From Styela clava (Eukaryota), in NCBI RefSeq assembly GCF_964204865.1, contig NC_135260.1:15190001-15254000 (forward strand): DNA of 64,000 bases, given 5' to 3'. Position 1 is the first letter of the stretch; each line of letters begins with the position of its first letter. Under the pieces are notes generated by a model. It was not told the origin of the DNA and did not search any database. It was given only the letters and a program-made list of their open reading frames with translations. Of the stretch, positions 51,366 through 62,238 are shown one piece after another. A program made the position numbers and the translations under genes.

Positions 51366-52673
51366 GTTACAAGTAACACGATAAGGTGGCAACTCTTATA
51401 GCTTAGGTCCTAAGTTTATCATGGAAACATTGAAATACAAATTTGTTAAGAGTAGTTTGGGAAAATATCATTTTGCAAATATCAACCTAACAGCAACTTC
51501 ATGTAGACAGGTAAGGATGCATATATAGAAATAAATCCCCTTTATCCTACATATAAAAATTTTCTTGACCTCCAGAGTTGATATGTCGACTAGTATACCA
51601 GTACTTTGTATAGAGATAAACGTTACACGCATACATTTAGGCAATGATGAACCTAATGAAATGAGTATGTCGTCATGAAAAAGTTGAGGAAATTAAAAGC
51701 AAGTTTCGCTATTATTGGGTACATTGTATTCAGATATATATATGATATTTACCTTGCTTGTTTTCATTTTAGGGCATGTTTCTGTTACAAGGCACTTTTG
51801 TTTTCCCCGTCACATGACCGCAAAAATACTTACCCATGACGGTTTTTGTACTTTTTCCACGGCTCTAAATAGCATTCATTTGAATTATTTGCATTTAGAT
51901 ACCAAGGATCGTGGAGAATGGCATAGGTTACGACCTAATTACTTTATCTGACTCAGTTTACTTCAACAATACTTCCTGTCTCACATTTTTCTAAAATTTT
52001 ACACAACACAAACTGCAAACACGGTAAACGACGTGCGTTCAATGATACTGACTTTTTCACCTACATTTTTGAAGGAACAACCACACAAAAGAGTTCTAGC
52101 CTATAAGGTAGAGTATCTGATTCTATGATATTTAACTTAGTTCGTTAAAAGCATTTACTCGGCGCGCTGTTTCATTTCAAGATATTTCAATCACAGCCGG
52201 TTGTTAGAGATGAGTTTCTACTTGAACGGAATATATTGCTAAAGAGATACTGGGAGAAGAGATATAATATATTGAATTTGATTAGATTCTTGACTTATTC
52301 AAAAATTTATTATGAAGTACTTCAGATATTTCAAATTTTTGTCATACCTTCACTCCGTGCAGGAAGCTGATATTTTAGCAAAGTGGGACAGACGCTAAAA
52401 TCATTTTATTAATGAATTACACCAACATAGCAAAGGTCGTTGAATAATTCATTTTTATGGGTGGAAAACTATGAAGTAGCTTGTTCACTAATGCGGATAC
52501 CCAAATATGACTCCTAGATAATAATAACTCTCAGTTCTGCCCATGCTCCTGAAGTGTTCATGGAATTATTAACCTTACAGTCTTGAATTCCACGTGAAAC
52601 AACTTTCCAACTTGAGATTTCCATGCGGTTGACATTCTATAGTTTTTTTGCTCTCACTTAGTATTATTCATAC

Positions 52674-53711
52674 CAGTGATTTTCCTACACCCCCCCTATA
52701 GGGGGTGAACACCCCCCTAAAATTTCAAACACCCCCCCTAATTTTGAGGTGCGATTCCACACTGAGGTGTTCTAAACCGCAGTCTGCGGGCCAATTACGG
52801 CCTTTGAGTTTTAGATACCGTCTATTGTTACATCATTATCACAGTTTAAGCACGTTTATTTCGTAACAATTGAATTATTCCGGTATCTTATGTATACGTA
52901 TGGGTATTAGGATTACACACTGCAGTATTTTAGATATCAGCCGTATATTAAGAAAGCTTAAAGATGTCACAAAACGAAAACTAGGCACTGAAAACAGACG
53001 TTTTTTAGATGAATGACAGCGTTTTTATTTCTTTATTGAAAAGAATCAAACTTCAGCGATTTGTCTTCTTACCAACAAAATATTTCAGTTCTGAAGGAAT
53101 ACAACATTATGCGACATTATGATTAGTTGACGAGCTTATTTCAAAATTTAATTCATACAAAAGTCAAACAAACATGTTCAAAAAAATTAGAAATGTGTAA
53201 CAAAACAAGCCATTAGTAGCCATTCATACAATGCCAGATTAGCAAGTAACTTCATTAGTCCATATCAGTTGCAAATTACTTGTTGAAACGTAGTAGTATA
53301 TATTTACGGTTGAAAGCCGTGCTTGTTATCTATTCCCCGGGAATTCTATCAGCTAAATAATATAATTATTGATTTCATTACATAACAAACTGCGATGCTA
53401 GGTGTATCTAAAATCAAGCTTAGAGCCTATTTTGGTGCCTATTTCTCAAAATTTTCTCAGGGCGCGCTCAAGCCCAGCCGTGTCGTCCCGCGCTTTTCCT
53501 CGCTCCCCTTTTCTGGCCCTACAATTTCTTTCTGCTGTGGATTTTGGCTCGCGTCAATCAACTTGGGGGGCCCCCATGTACATCGTTTCTTAAATACATA
53601 CCATTTTTTTAAGAATACAAATAGCCTAGTTTTATCTCTAATAGCAAATCATTTACCACCCCCTAAATTTTGAAACACCCCCCCTAAAAAGAAAAGCTTG
53701 GGAACATACTG
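52674..53711. mobile_element. hAT non-autonomous element (1038 bp) inserted 20 bp upstream of the collagen-FA58C start codon
   Basis: Termini CAGTG...TACTG; perfect 8-bp TSD ATTCATAC (52666-52673 and 53712-53719); CACCCCC(C)TAA subterminal repeats at both ends. Confidence 0.85.
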
Positions 53712-53731
53712 ATTCATACAATATATCCATC

Positions 53732-56126
53732 ATGAAATTTCTCGCTGTTGCCTGTTTGGTATTTATGTTTTCCTGTGTATTATGTCATATGCCGACATTG
53801 TATGAATTTTGTTCACACGTGATGGCGAACAGCAATGTGAGTCGTGCACGATGTGATTCGAGTCAGTGTCAAGGAAGACCAGGAAAAAGAGGAATGGAAG
53901 GACCACATGGATTACCCGGAATTAAAGGAGAACAGGGAGAACCGGGGACAAATGGAGAACCGGGGAAACCCGGAACAGTGGGATATATAGAAGAAAGGAT
54001 TAGAAAGTTGGAAGGTTTTTCATCAATTTATATATGTTACAGTTCTTTTAAAATATTTTTCAATATACTCAAGCTGTTAATAGGATTGGTTTCAACTGTA
54101 AGATCTCATATGCTAGATAAGCATATATATACTTCATTTTAACATTCCTGTTTGTATTTATTTCTATGTTCAAGATTCAGTTTTGAAGAACAAAGAGCTT
54201 ATGAAGATGATGACGAATGGTAAGCGCTCTCGGAAGAAATAGAAAGATTTTATTGTATTTTCTTAGTTTCGATTTCAATAGGTTAATAGAAAATAAAATT
54301 ATAGTTTTTTAGGTTTTATTATAATACAACAACGAAAATTTGGTGATTTATAGGTGATTTATACAAACACAGTGTAAGCAGGGCTAATGAACCCATTTCG
54401 GGACCTATTTCAACAGTCCAAAAAAGATGCAATATAACCTGATTTATCTGTTCCGCACTATAGATTAGGTTGAATACGGTATGTCGTCACATTTTCTTTA
54501 TTTAACCTTTAGATACAGTTTATCCTATCTACCATAACCCAGAATATATCATCGAGTAAAATTTAAAAATATGGTGATTCACAACAGCTGATCTCGCCTC
54601 GGTTTTCGCATAAAAATTCAATGACTTAAAATATAGAAATTGAATGTCATACATACTGTGGTAACTTATACTAATTGAATTTCAGCCGAGATTTGCTACA
54701 TGGGTGTGAAATATCATCACATAATTCCTGACTCTCAAATCGCAGCGTCATCAGAATATAGTACCCGGCATCAAGCTCATAATGGCAGATTGGACAATAT
54801 TGATAGTTCATCAACAACGTATCCAATCTGGTCTGCGGCGAGAAGTAAGTGTGTGTTAATTTTCTATAATTAGAATAGCCTTACAATTTGGTTACACGTG
54901 TAAGTATATTTAGGGTGGTTATTTAAATTTGATGCTTTACACAAATTCTTGAAATTTTGAAGCTGTCTTTAAATAAAATTCAAACGAATAGTAATTGAGT
55001 ACCGAGGTAATGATACACGCCTCAAAACAAATTCTGAATTGTTTGGCACCAAATTATGACAATAACCCATTTTGGAAAGACTTAGTTTTCTTGGCTTTAT
55101 CAACCCGAAATTATCATTGTTAATCTGTGCCAAACTTGAAAGGGAAAAACAAATCAGGCAATATTTTGGGGCATCTGTAGATGAATTTATTATTTAAGGT
55201 TGTTTAACGCTACTGCTTTTGTGGCGCAATTTGTTTACGGGTTATTTTCTCTGCCTGTTGCAAAATTACCAGCATTTAAAAAGTGATGCAATCAAAATGT
55301 GGGCGAGGAAGGTAAATCATACCCAATTGATATAATATTCAAATCAATGAACAATTATTTTATAGATGTGAAAGGAGAATGGCACCAGGTTGATTTTGGT
55401 GAACCTAAACCAATAGGAGGAATCGTCACACAAGGAAGAGTATATCACGATCAATGGGTTTCGTCTTTCAAAATTTCGCATGGAAATTCCACCGGCGCGA
55501 TGGTCGTAATACGTGAGAACGGTTTAGACAAGGTAAGGAAGTATTTTGAGATATTCTTTACGTATATATTTAAAACATAATCAACACATTTTAAACCTAA
55601 CAAGCTGTCGGTTGTTGCTCTGATAAGGAATTTCTGAGTCATTGTGCACAGACTTATATGATAAAATGCACAATATATTAGACACCAGTTCGTTAGGACG
55701 AGGTTTGTAAAACACAAATTTCAAATGTAGTTGACAACAATGAGATGTCTCTATGTCCCAGTGCTTGCAGGGTTGATGAACCTTGCCAGTGTCCGCCATC
55801 TTGATCCACATACTTCGGGAGTGCCGCAATTTGTACATAGACTTGCTCAGAGTGAATGAATATAAAAGCGTGACATAATTTATGTGCATTACTTGCACAA
55901 TCAATGTTACAGAAAATAAATTTTTGTGTGATATGTTATTGAGATGATTACTATATTGGACTTTTTCTAGGTGTTTACTGGAAATAGTGACAGGAGCACC
56001 AAGGTCACCAACATGTTTCCACATGTAATAACATCTCGATACATTCGAGTTCATCCTCAAACATGGCAGAGACACGTGAGCATGAGAGTGGAATACATAG
56101 ATGGAAAGTGTCATGGCTTACTGTAA
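53732..56126 (+). CDS. Secreted collagen-tailed F5/8 type C (discoidin/FA58C) domain protein, 269 aa, collectin-like architecture
   Basis: Exons 53732-54014, 54175-54219, 54686-54844, 55366-55532 and 55971-56126 join in frame (810 nt). Signal peptide MKFLAVACLVFMFSCVLC; 13 Gly-X-Y triplets GRPGKRG...GTVGYI; neck IEERIRKLEDSVLKNKELMKMM. FA58C motifs: C..G....IPDSQIAASS, GRLDN, W.A, EWHQVDFG, GIVTQGR, QWVSSFKISHG, FTGNSD, SRYIRVHPQTW...SMRVE. AATAAA at 56180. Confidence 0.92.
55789..55825. mobile_element. Solo TIR fragment of the Merlin-like MITE family
   Basis: GTGTCCGCCATCTTGATCCACATACTTCGGGAGTGCC matches the right TIR of 50302-50496. Confidence 0.6.
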
Positions 56127-56774
56127 ATGATATGAACACGACAAAATCACTTCGTATATTCGACGCTGTCCATGGTTGAAATAAAATAGGTGATTGTCAG
56201 TGGTACTAAATCGGCTGAAGCATGTTATAAATACTTCACCTATCCCCCCTATTCCATTGATTAGCTTTAACGTTTAAAAATAGAATTTGATAGTTAGATT
56301 GCTAATGGCGAGAAGTGCATTTGAAACGTTTAGTTTGGTGGTAAAGTTGCCGTTTTAAATAACTTGACTGACTTTTGCAAATGAAATCATAAACTTCTTT
56401 GTCAAGATACATTTTCAAATTTAGATGGATTCTTGTGATCTTGTTTAAACTAAATGAAAAACAGTCGTTTCACAAAAATTCTCTATCGGTATTTGTTCTG
56501 TAGTTACTTATCATTTATTTTCTTAACTAAAAAACAATTTTAAAGTAAGATTCTTGAGAATTGATGACCACGATCCCATTGATTATCGTTATAAAAGTTG
56601 TCGTCTGATTTTGTCAATCGTTAAGATTATGCCGTAGCATGTACATAACTATCGTATATATGTGACTGCCTTTAATTCGTATTCTTTTATGACATGTTTT
56701 TGATAGACTGTAATTCTATGCCAGCTATGTGATATGTCAATTTGTTTTGTATAATAAAGTTTCCTCCGGATTCA

Positions 56775-57135
56775 CTGGCAAGATTCTCCCATGGTATTCC
56801 CGTGTCCTGTTAGAGTTGATTAATATATATATGTACGTCGCTGTCTACCCACGCTTCTTTTCCCATGTTTTGGTTTTCATAGAATCAGTTCATGTACGAT
56901 TTCTTTCTTGTTTCTATAGCAGTGGCGCTGAATCTAAGGCGTCTCTCCTTTATTATGGTTGTGATGCTTGGTAATTTACCGTATAGCGTTTAGTTTGGAA
57001 TCTTATTCTACCATGTTACTCCTTTAACTACTCTAAGCATTTTTGTGTATGCGCCGTTCAGCTTCTGGTTTGCTGCCTTTGTGAGTGTCCACGTTTCTGA
57101 TCCATACAAGAGAACAGTTTCTACTGCACATGTGA
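56775..57135 (-). mobile_element. 5'-truncated, decayed RTE-clade LINE (C-terminal end of the RT ORF)
   Basis: The minus strand translates as AVETVLLYGSETWTLTKAANQKLNGAYTKMLRVVKGVTW*NKIPN*TLYGKLPSITTIIKERRLRFS/HCYR...LILWKPKHGKRSVGRQRRTY.../QDTG, with stops and frameshifts. YGSETW, RRLRF.GH and G.R..GR are RTE hallmarks. Confidence 0.85.
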
Positions 57136-57141
57136 TCAGAG

Positions 57142-57700
57142 TAGTTTTTTCTTGGTAATTTCCTAGTTCAATTAATACAGTGGTGTACTAGTTTTACTTT
57201 TTATATGACGTCACACTGTCATCTCACTTCTTACTTCTGTGCCAACACCGAAACTTTTTTTTTTTTACTTATCATGATTAAAGTAGTTATTTCTTTCTTG
57301 GTAAAGTCCTAGTTCAATTAATACAGTGGTGTACTAGTTTTACTTTTTATATGACGTCATATTGTCCTCTCAATTCTTATTTCTGTGCCAACACCGAAAC
57401 TTGTTTTTTTACTTATCATGATCAAAGTAGTTATTTCCTGGTAAAGTCCTAGTTCAATTAATACAGTGGTGTACTAGTTTTACTTTTTATATGACGTCAT
57501 ATTGTCCTCTCAAGTCTTACTTTTGTGCCAACACCGAAACTTGTTTTTTCGCTTATCATAATCAAAGTAGTTTTTTCGTGGTAAAGTCCTTGTGCAATTA
57601 ATGCAGTGGTGTACTAGTTTTACTTTTTATATGACGCCATATTGTCCTCTCAAGTCTTACTTTTGTGCAATACCGAAAACTTGTTTTTTCGCTTATCATG
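57142..57700. repeat. Tandem array of about 4 copies of a 140-146-bp unit
   Basis: CAGTGGTGTACTAGTTTTACTTTTTATATGACG recurs, with its TGACG at 57206, 57352, 57492 and 57632. Confidence 0.95.
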
Positions 57701-59616
57701 CTTATCATGTCAACGAAATGTGGCAAGGAGGCGGTAATTCAAATATGACATCATCTGTAAGTTCCAACCTCTTCATGGATTCCATACCACCTAAAGTTTG
57801 AAAAACTCTGCTCTAGTACGAACACAGGGACGTTTTGAGGTTGATTTTATGTCTTCCAGGTCGTACAAAAATTCTCCCCAATTAGTTCGTTAGTATCTTT
57901 GCAAAATTTTTGTTTTGTTTGTATTTTTCCCTTGTATGAGAAAGTTGATAGCCCACAGATTTTTTGTGCAACAAAAGTGGGCCACGGAAGAAAAAGGGTT
58001 TAGAATCACTGCTCTACGCCCATCAAGCAATGTCGAATCGTAAACACCTGGTTCTTCGCTAAAAAGTGGCTTCTTGCATATTGGCATAGCTGTTTGCCGG
58101 AAGTCTTGTTTAATTTAAAAGTGTAGCTGCAGCGAAAAGGGAGAACTCGATTAAAAAAACTTAATAAGCGACCGCAAGGCTTCATGATTAGAAATCCTTT
58201 CATATGTGGTTAGGCCAGGGCTTCCTAGCCTGTTTAAGTTCACGAACCACTTATATTGCCATTTTTTTCTGTGATTTCTGTCAACGAGATGTTAATAAAT
58301 GTGAAAAGGAACAATGTATCGCCATGCATTTTATTGTTGATACGAAACTTGGAATTTTTATGAAGGATATTATCAGACCAAGTCTGATAATGACGCATAA
58401 TTGTGATTGTTACGTAATGCCACAGTTTCTCGATTTAATTGAAAACTACGCGACCCGCCTTGAATAGCTTCGCGACTCACTGGTTACGTAGCACTGATAT
58501 AGGCAATATTTGATTGTGTTTTCTCATGCGAACTCTGAATCTGAGCGATGATTTTGTGTTGTTCATGATTTCCGAAAACACCCCCGCTACGTTTTAATAA
58601 CAAATTAGCAATTATCCAATTATGGTTAGGAATGATTTAAAAATTCGAATTTCCAGCGCAATCTGCATTCCAGGCCCTAATCCAAACGACTAATTACTAT
58701 TATATACATATTGGCGGTGGTGGGGGCTTTGTACGAAAAATCCACTTTCTCCTCGCCCAAGTAAAATATATCAAGTCTAATCTTAATATCCTCTCACTGC
58801 CGAAAAAATAATACACAATAAATTTTGATACATTTTCGATAATATTGAAATATATTTATCATCATAAATATATGTCGTTCCACTAATATAATACAATGTA
58901 CTTAAAACACTGTTATACTTAATAATATACAAGACTAGCAGCTATGGAATGCAGAATTCAACTTTTCGGAAAATCATTTGAATAAACAATAGGCGCAAAA
59001 TATTCTTAACATTCGATGGTGAAGAGAATTAGACGATACGTTTTGGGTCTCAATTGCTATATGATTTTCATATTTATTCCGAAGGGAGAGAAAATGTCAA
59101 AAGTCGAAAGTTTTTATACTTGTTTGTATCTTTTGTGAGAAAACCATTTAATGCGGAATAGAAGATTTGCCGTAAAATAATTTCCAATAAAATATTGCTC
59201 AATACGCATTCAACAGATTTAATCAGAAGTTATGAAGACTCATCTTTGAGTTGCTGGCGACCCTCGAAATGACAAAGCTGCCGGGATAATAAAGAATTAT
59301 GATGGTGCTTTACTTGCAAGGAAATGCCATTTGATATAAACTTGTAACGTTTCAGTCAAGACAATATGCAAAAATTATAAATTCAACATAACCCAGAACA
59401 AATCATCGTATCGTATTTACCCACGAGTATCAGGCCTTGAATCAGTTCGTCTGGCAAATTCTAGCGCTAGAAACATATTTTAATATGGATTTTTTTATTT
59501 GTCTTTTTTTATCTATTATTTTATCACCTGTTATACTTATTATTGTGTCGATATATATTTATATTTAGAGTAACATATTATATTGGTTTGTGCTGAGGAT
59601 TTTAATCCAGAGTTCA

Positions 59617-60598
59617 TCACTGCAGTCTCTCCTTCATCCAGACTTCGTATCTTTGCTCTGTAGTGCCCTCTGGCGGTTCGTATTTTGCACAAATCCAGTA
59701 GTCTTCCCAGGTCCTGATGTCATTTTTCAGCAAATCTAAGAAAAGGGCGCCGGCTTGCTCGTTGCAATATTCAAAAGTGTAGTTAGCAGAATACGAACGC
59801 ACATAGAATGTTTCTTCGGGAGCTTTGAATGATGTGATCGTCTTGTCCGGGGTTTGGGGGGCATATTTTGTCAGCGGAATCGGTAAATAAAACTGAGTAT
59901 TATATTCAACAGGGCAAACTTTCATTGGCTTATTTGTTTTTTTTTTGCCTTCTCCGCCGCTTATTGTTTAGCTTCGATTTGATGGTTGATTTTGGCTTGA
60001 TTGTTGTTTTTGGTTTCATCGTAGGCTTTGGCCTTTTATCTACTGTTTCTAAGATCGGATATGTCAGTGAGTGATATTGGCGCTGGTAGTTGAAGCCGTT
60101 GAAGTAAAGGTAAAGCTTCAAATATCCATCTCCTGCAGCTTTCTTTTGACCCTGGCATTGTCTGAACGACCTTGCCCACCATTGCTCTGGGTATACTCTG
60201 ACCTGGTACGTACCATCTTCCGGCTGTTTTTCCGCCAGTCTCCATTTTGGTTGATTGACGAGTTGTTTAGCAGAGTAAGCGGTCCGCCACGCCTCCGTAA
60301 AGTATTCAGGTTTTTTCGGGGTAGGTTCTGAAACTGATACGTTGTCATCACCCATTGTGTCGTCACTATCTGGAGAATCACCACCCACTGTTGCGTCATC
60401 GCCACCCATTGTTGCGTTATCGTCCGATGTCTCGCCGTCACCATAACCTGTTTCTCCTTTCATCGTGACGTCATCCTCCCCAGCCTCACCTTTAGTTTTT
60501 GCACCACCCACTGGTTTCTCGGGCTCTTCCATACTGGCTGCGCCTACCAAGGCGACCATTGCCAACCCAAGTAACAATAATACCGTAAAAGACCTCAT
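59617..60598 (-). CDS. Intronless secreted SOUL/HEBP2-family protein, split by a +1 frameshift at about 59930-59946
   Basis: ORF 60598-59930 has a signal peptide and N-half SOUL motifs (YQVRVYPEQWW, GYLKLYLYFNGFN, LTYPI). ORF 59925-59617 has the C-half (QFYLP, APQTPD, FYVRSY, AKYEPP, RYEVW). Removing one A from the A10 run (T10 at 59937-59946 on +) fuses them as ...RQKKTNKPMKVCP.... Confidence 0.85.
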
Positions 60599-60616
60599 TT
60601 TTTACTGTCTGTTCGG

Positions 60617-60660
60617 AAATTGATGCAAAATGAGCGTTCTGAAGGGTATTTATACAGCTG
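60617..60660 (-). promoter_or_regulatory. Core promoter of the SOUL gene: E-box CAGCTG, TATAAATA and an Inr-like TCAATT
   Basis: The minus strand reads CAGCTGTATAAATACCC (TATA at 60647-60654), with TCAATTT about 30 nt downstream and the ATG at 60598. Confidence 0.6.
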
Positions 60661-61450
60661 TCATCTCGAATTACAACATTTGATACCAAAAATGGTTGCA
60701 TTAGATAATGAAAGATTGTTTGAACAAATTATTAAGAAAAAGCGTAAAAAAAAGTTTCAATTCGATTTATAAAATTTGCGGTTCAAATAGATGTAATCGC
60801 CCTGGGGCCATTTCAAATCACAAAAGTCGATGTTCTTCGCGACCGCTTTTTTCGTTTCAAGCTCTCGTTCGGAGAGGAACTAGTAATTCTGAATTGGATT
60901 AAATCTGATACCTGGTAATATACCACTGATTTCACTTTCACATGTTGTGATAAGCAGAATTTGATGCGTCTGAAAAACTGTGAGTACCCAAAAGAAAATG
61001 GATTTGAGTATGATTCGTTCTTTCAAAGTATATTATGACATCACATTCTTCTTGTTCATGTCTGCAGCTGAAATCGGCAATCGAGGCCGTCCATCCCTAT
61101 CTGTTGTAAGTTCTCCTGATGAGCTCACTGCTGGAGGATTCTTTCCACGTTGTAGTTATTCAGACTGTCAATGTATTTTGTGCGTTGTCTAACTCTATTT
61201 TTGGTAGTTATATTGTTGTTATTATTATTATAATGACATTGTAGGCCTATATTGGCAATTTAGTAGAGCGTTTATGTAGTGACATATTTGTAAAACATTT
61301 TAGTCATACAAAATTGGGATTGAACATTGACCCCTCTATTAAAATTAAACAATCCCAGGAGTATCACGATACACTCTAAGAGCCTATGGACTACTAGATC
61401 ATTTTTTGACGACGAAGAGTAATTGGAGACGAAATGTCCATATGGATTGT

Positions 61451-62005
61451 TACTTATCGAATTTAATCAGTAAGTATGTTGATAGGTATTTGTCTATGTG
61501 TCTGTTAGATGCACGCGATATCTCACGAAAGCGAGATTGAATCTGCTCCAGATTTTTCATGTTCATTCATCATATGTCGTACCAGAAGCCTATTGATTTT
61601 GGATAAATTATGTCGTATAATTAGTGAGTTATTAATTAATTAGTGATGGGACACAAGGTGTCACTATGGAGTAAGAGCGCTGTTTTGGGGGATCCCCTAA
61701 CTTTGGATCGATAAGTCTTCGGTCTCTGACCGATATTCTCGTTTGTCTGTTGGACACCTTCGTATGTTACGCGATATCTCACGAAAGTGAGGTTGAATCT
61801 GCTCCAAATTTTGCAGGTGCATTCATCATATCTCAGACCAGATGCCTATTTATTTCGGATGAAATATGTCGTGGAATTAGCGAGTTATTAATTATTTTTT
61901 TTATTTTCATTTATTCATCCATTTTTTGTAATCAGCGAGTTATTGATTAATTATTACTTTTTTGTGGAAGATCGATAAGTCGGCTGTCTCCGATCGCTAT
62001 CTCGT
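61451..62005 (+). mobile_element. HINE/DINE-1-like (Helentron-associated) non-autonomous element(s), two tandem or nested cores
   Basis: 5' subterminal IR ACTTATCGA (61452) pairs with TCGATAAGT (61708 and again 61972). A short TGTC microsatellite, a duplicated core ACGCGATATCTCACGAAAG...TTGAATCTGCTCCA, and a 3' stem-loop TCGGTC-TCT-GACCGA (61719-61733) complete the layout. Confidence 0.7.
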
Positions 62006-62238
62006 TTTTGTCATTGAGAAAAAAAATCGCTTTTCTCATTAACTACTGGACCAATTGGCAATTGCCTTTTCAGTGGTTGAAGATTCTATTTTTCGCTAGG
62101 AGGCTAATCTGTTTATTTATTTTAAAACTTTCCGTGGGCTCCAATATGGAACGTGTGCTATGGGTTCATCAAACTTAAATTTGTTTGTTTTAGTCGACGT
62201 GCTACGATGCCTGCCAACCCAAGTTCAAAGCTCTAAAG

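Noticed and set aside
18612-56126. Non-canonical introns of the kind known from larvacean tunicates
   Set aside because: All reconstructed introns are GT-AG, although several donors are weak (GTTTGA, GTCAAG, GTTTTT).
57142-57700. CRISPR-like array
   Set aside because: Whole units repeat with no unique spacers, the context is eukaryotic, and there are no cas genes.
59617-59925. Independent 102-aa gene or stop-restart product
   Set aside because: It is the C-terminal half of the SOUL domain and has no signal peptide, so it would not co-localise with the secreted N-half.
59934-59946. -1 programmed frameshift at A AAA AAC in the SOUL gene
   Set aside because: The -1 frame terminates at TGA within a few codons; only +1 or -2 joins the two halves.
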